Source: Ignavibacteriota bacterium (GTDB lineage Bacteria > Bacteroidota > Ignavibacteria > UBA10030). Taken from it: a stretch of DNA of 64,000 nucleotides. How positions within the stretch are numbered: position 1 is the first letter of the stretch; the number at the start of each line of letters is the position of its first letter. The notes under the pieces were generated by a model that was not told the DNA's origin, did no database searches, and worked only from the letters and a program-made list of their open reading frames with translations. Position numbers and translations under genes: made by a program. The stretch lies in contig CAVSHO010000014.1 of NCBI GenBank assembly GCA_963727825.1, positions 42,897 through 106,896 of the forward strand, given 5' to 3'. Shown one piece after another: positions 63,728-64,000 of this stretch.

Positions 63728-63796
63728 AGACGGATAACGCCCCTTTTATATTATCTGGAATATGATATAAAGAATTATATTTCAAAACTATTAAAA

Positions 63797-63824
63797 GATA
63801 CGGAGTAAATGGTTTGATGTTACA
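63797..63824 (-). promoter_or_regulatory. ECF-sigma-like promoter
   Basis: TGTAAC-N16-CGTATC upstream of adaptor gene. Confidence 0.5.
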
Positions 63825-63903
63825 ATAAAATGGGAAAAATATTTGTCTTAAATATCCGTAGCTGCGTCAGAAATGGCCTTATTTATTGACCAATGTTATA
63901 CTT

Positions 63904-64000
63904 ATGGAAAAAACACTCAAGGCGTTAAATACCGATTCGACAGAATTGGCATCTCTCAGGCAAATCACGATCGAAGCGCAACAGCCTGCCGCAGCCGACA
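63904..64000 (+). CDS. Partial CDS running off window
   Basis: ATG 63904, MEKTLKALNTDSTELASLRQITIEAQQPAAAD, open to the end. Confidence 0.45.
   Translation, partial: MEKTLKALNTDSTELASLRQITIEAQQPAAAD

Noticed and set aside
47660-64000. Integrative island or prophage at tRNA-Arg
   Set aside because: The block lies on the tRNA 5' side and has no integrase, phage or conjugation genes

Overview
Bacterial chromosomal window, most consistent with an Ignavibacteria-like (FCB superphylum) genome. This is inferred from NYPNPFNPST T9SS-type sorting domains, bshC and gene style. Most of it is housekeeping DNA on the minus strand: tnaA, apt, rpe, cdd-tdk-punA-bshC, aroA, rimP-nusA-infB-rbfA-truB-ribF-rpsO-pnp, lnt, ispF, lolCDE-like, prfB with its programmed frameshift, aspS, trxA, dnaE, proS and 3 tRNAs. 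It also has a Zn/Mn uptake cluster and an accessory envelope-gene block at 48-64 kb. The unexplained structure is non-coding. (1) A REP-associated tyrosine transposase carries a perfect palindrome in its own ORF, is bracketed by a duplicated promoter and sits next to a probable restriction-modification gene. (2) Several palindromic repeat families carry 23-30 nt mini-hairpins inserted into other hairpins, including tandem tRNA-Arg 3'-half copies. (3) A 2.8 kb patch between bshC and aroA holds a decaying secreted-protein gene with an archaeal-type BRE-TATA leaderless promoter, a DUF559 remnant and local duplications. pnp and infB each contain a single-base frameshift that is probably an assembly error. 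All calls are by eye; no searches were run.
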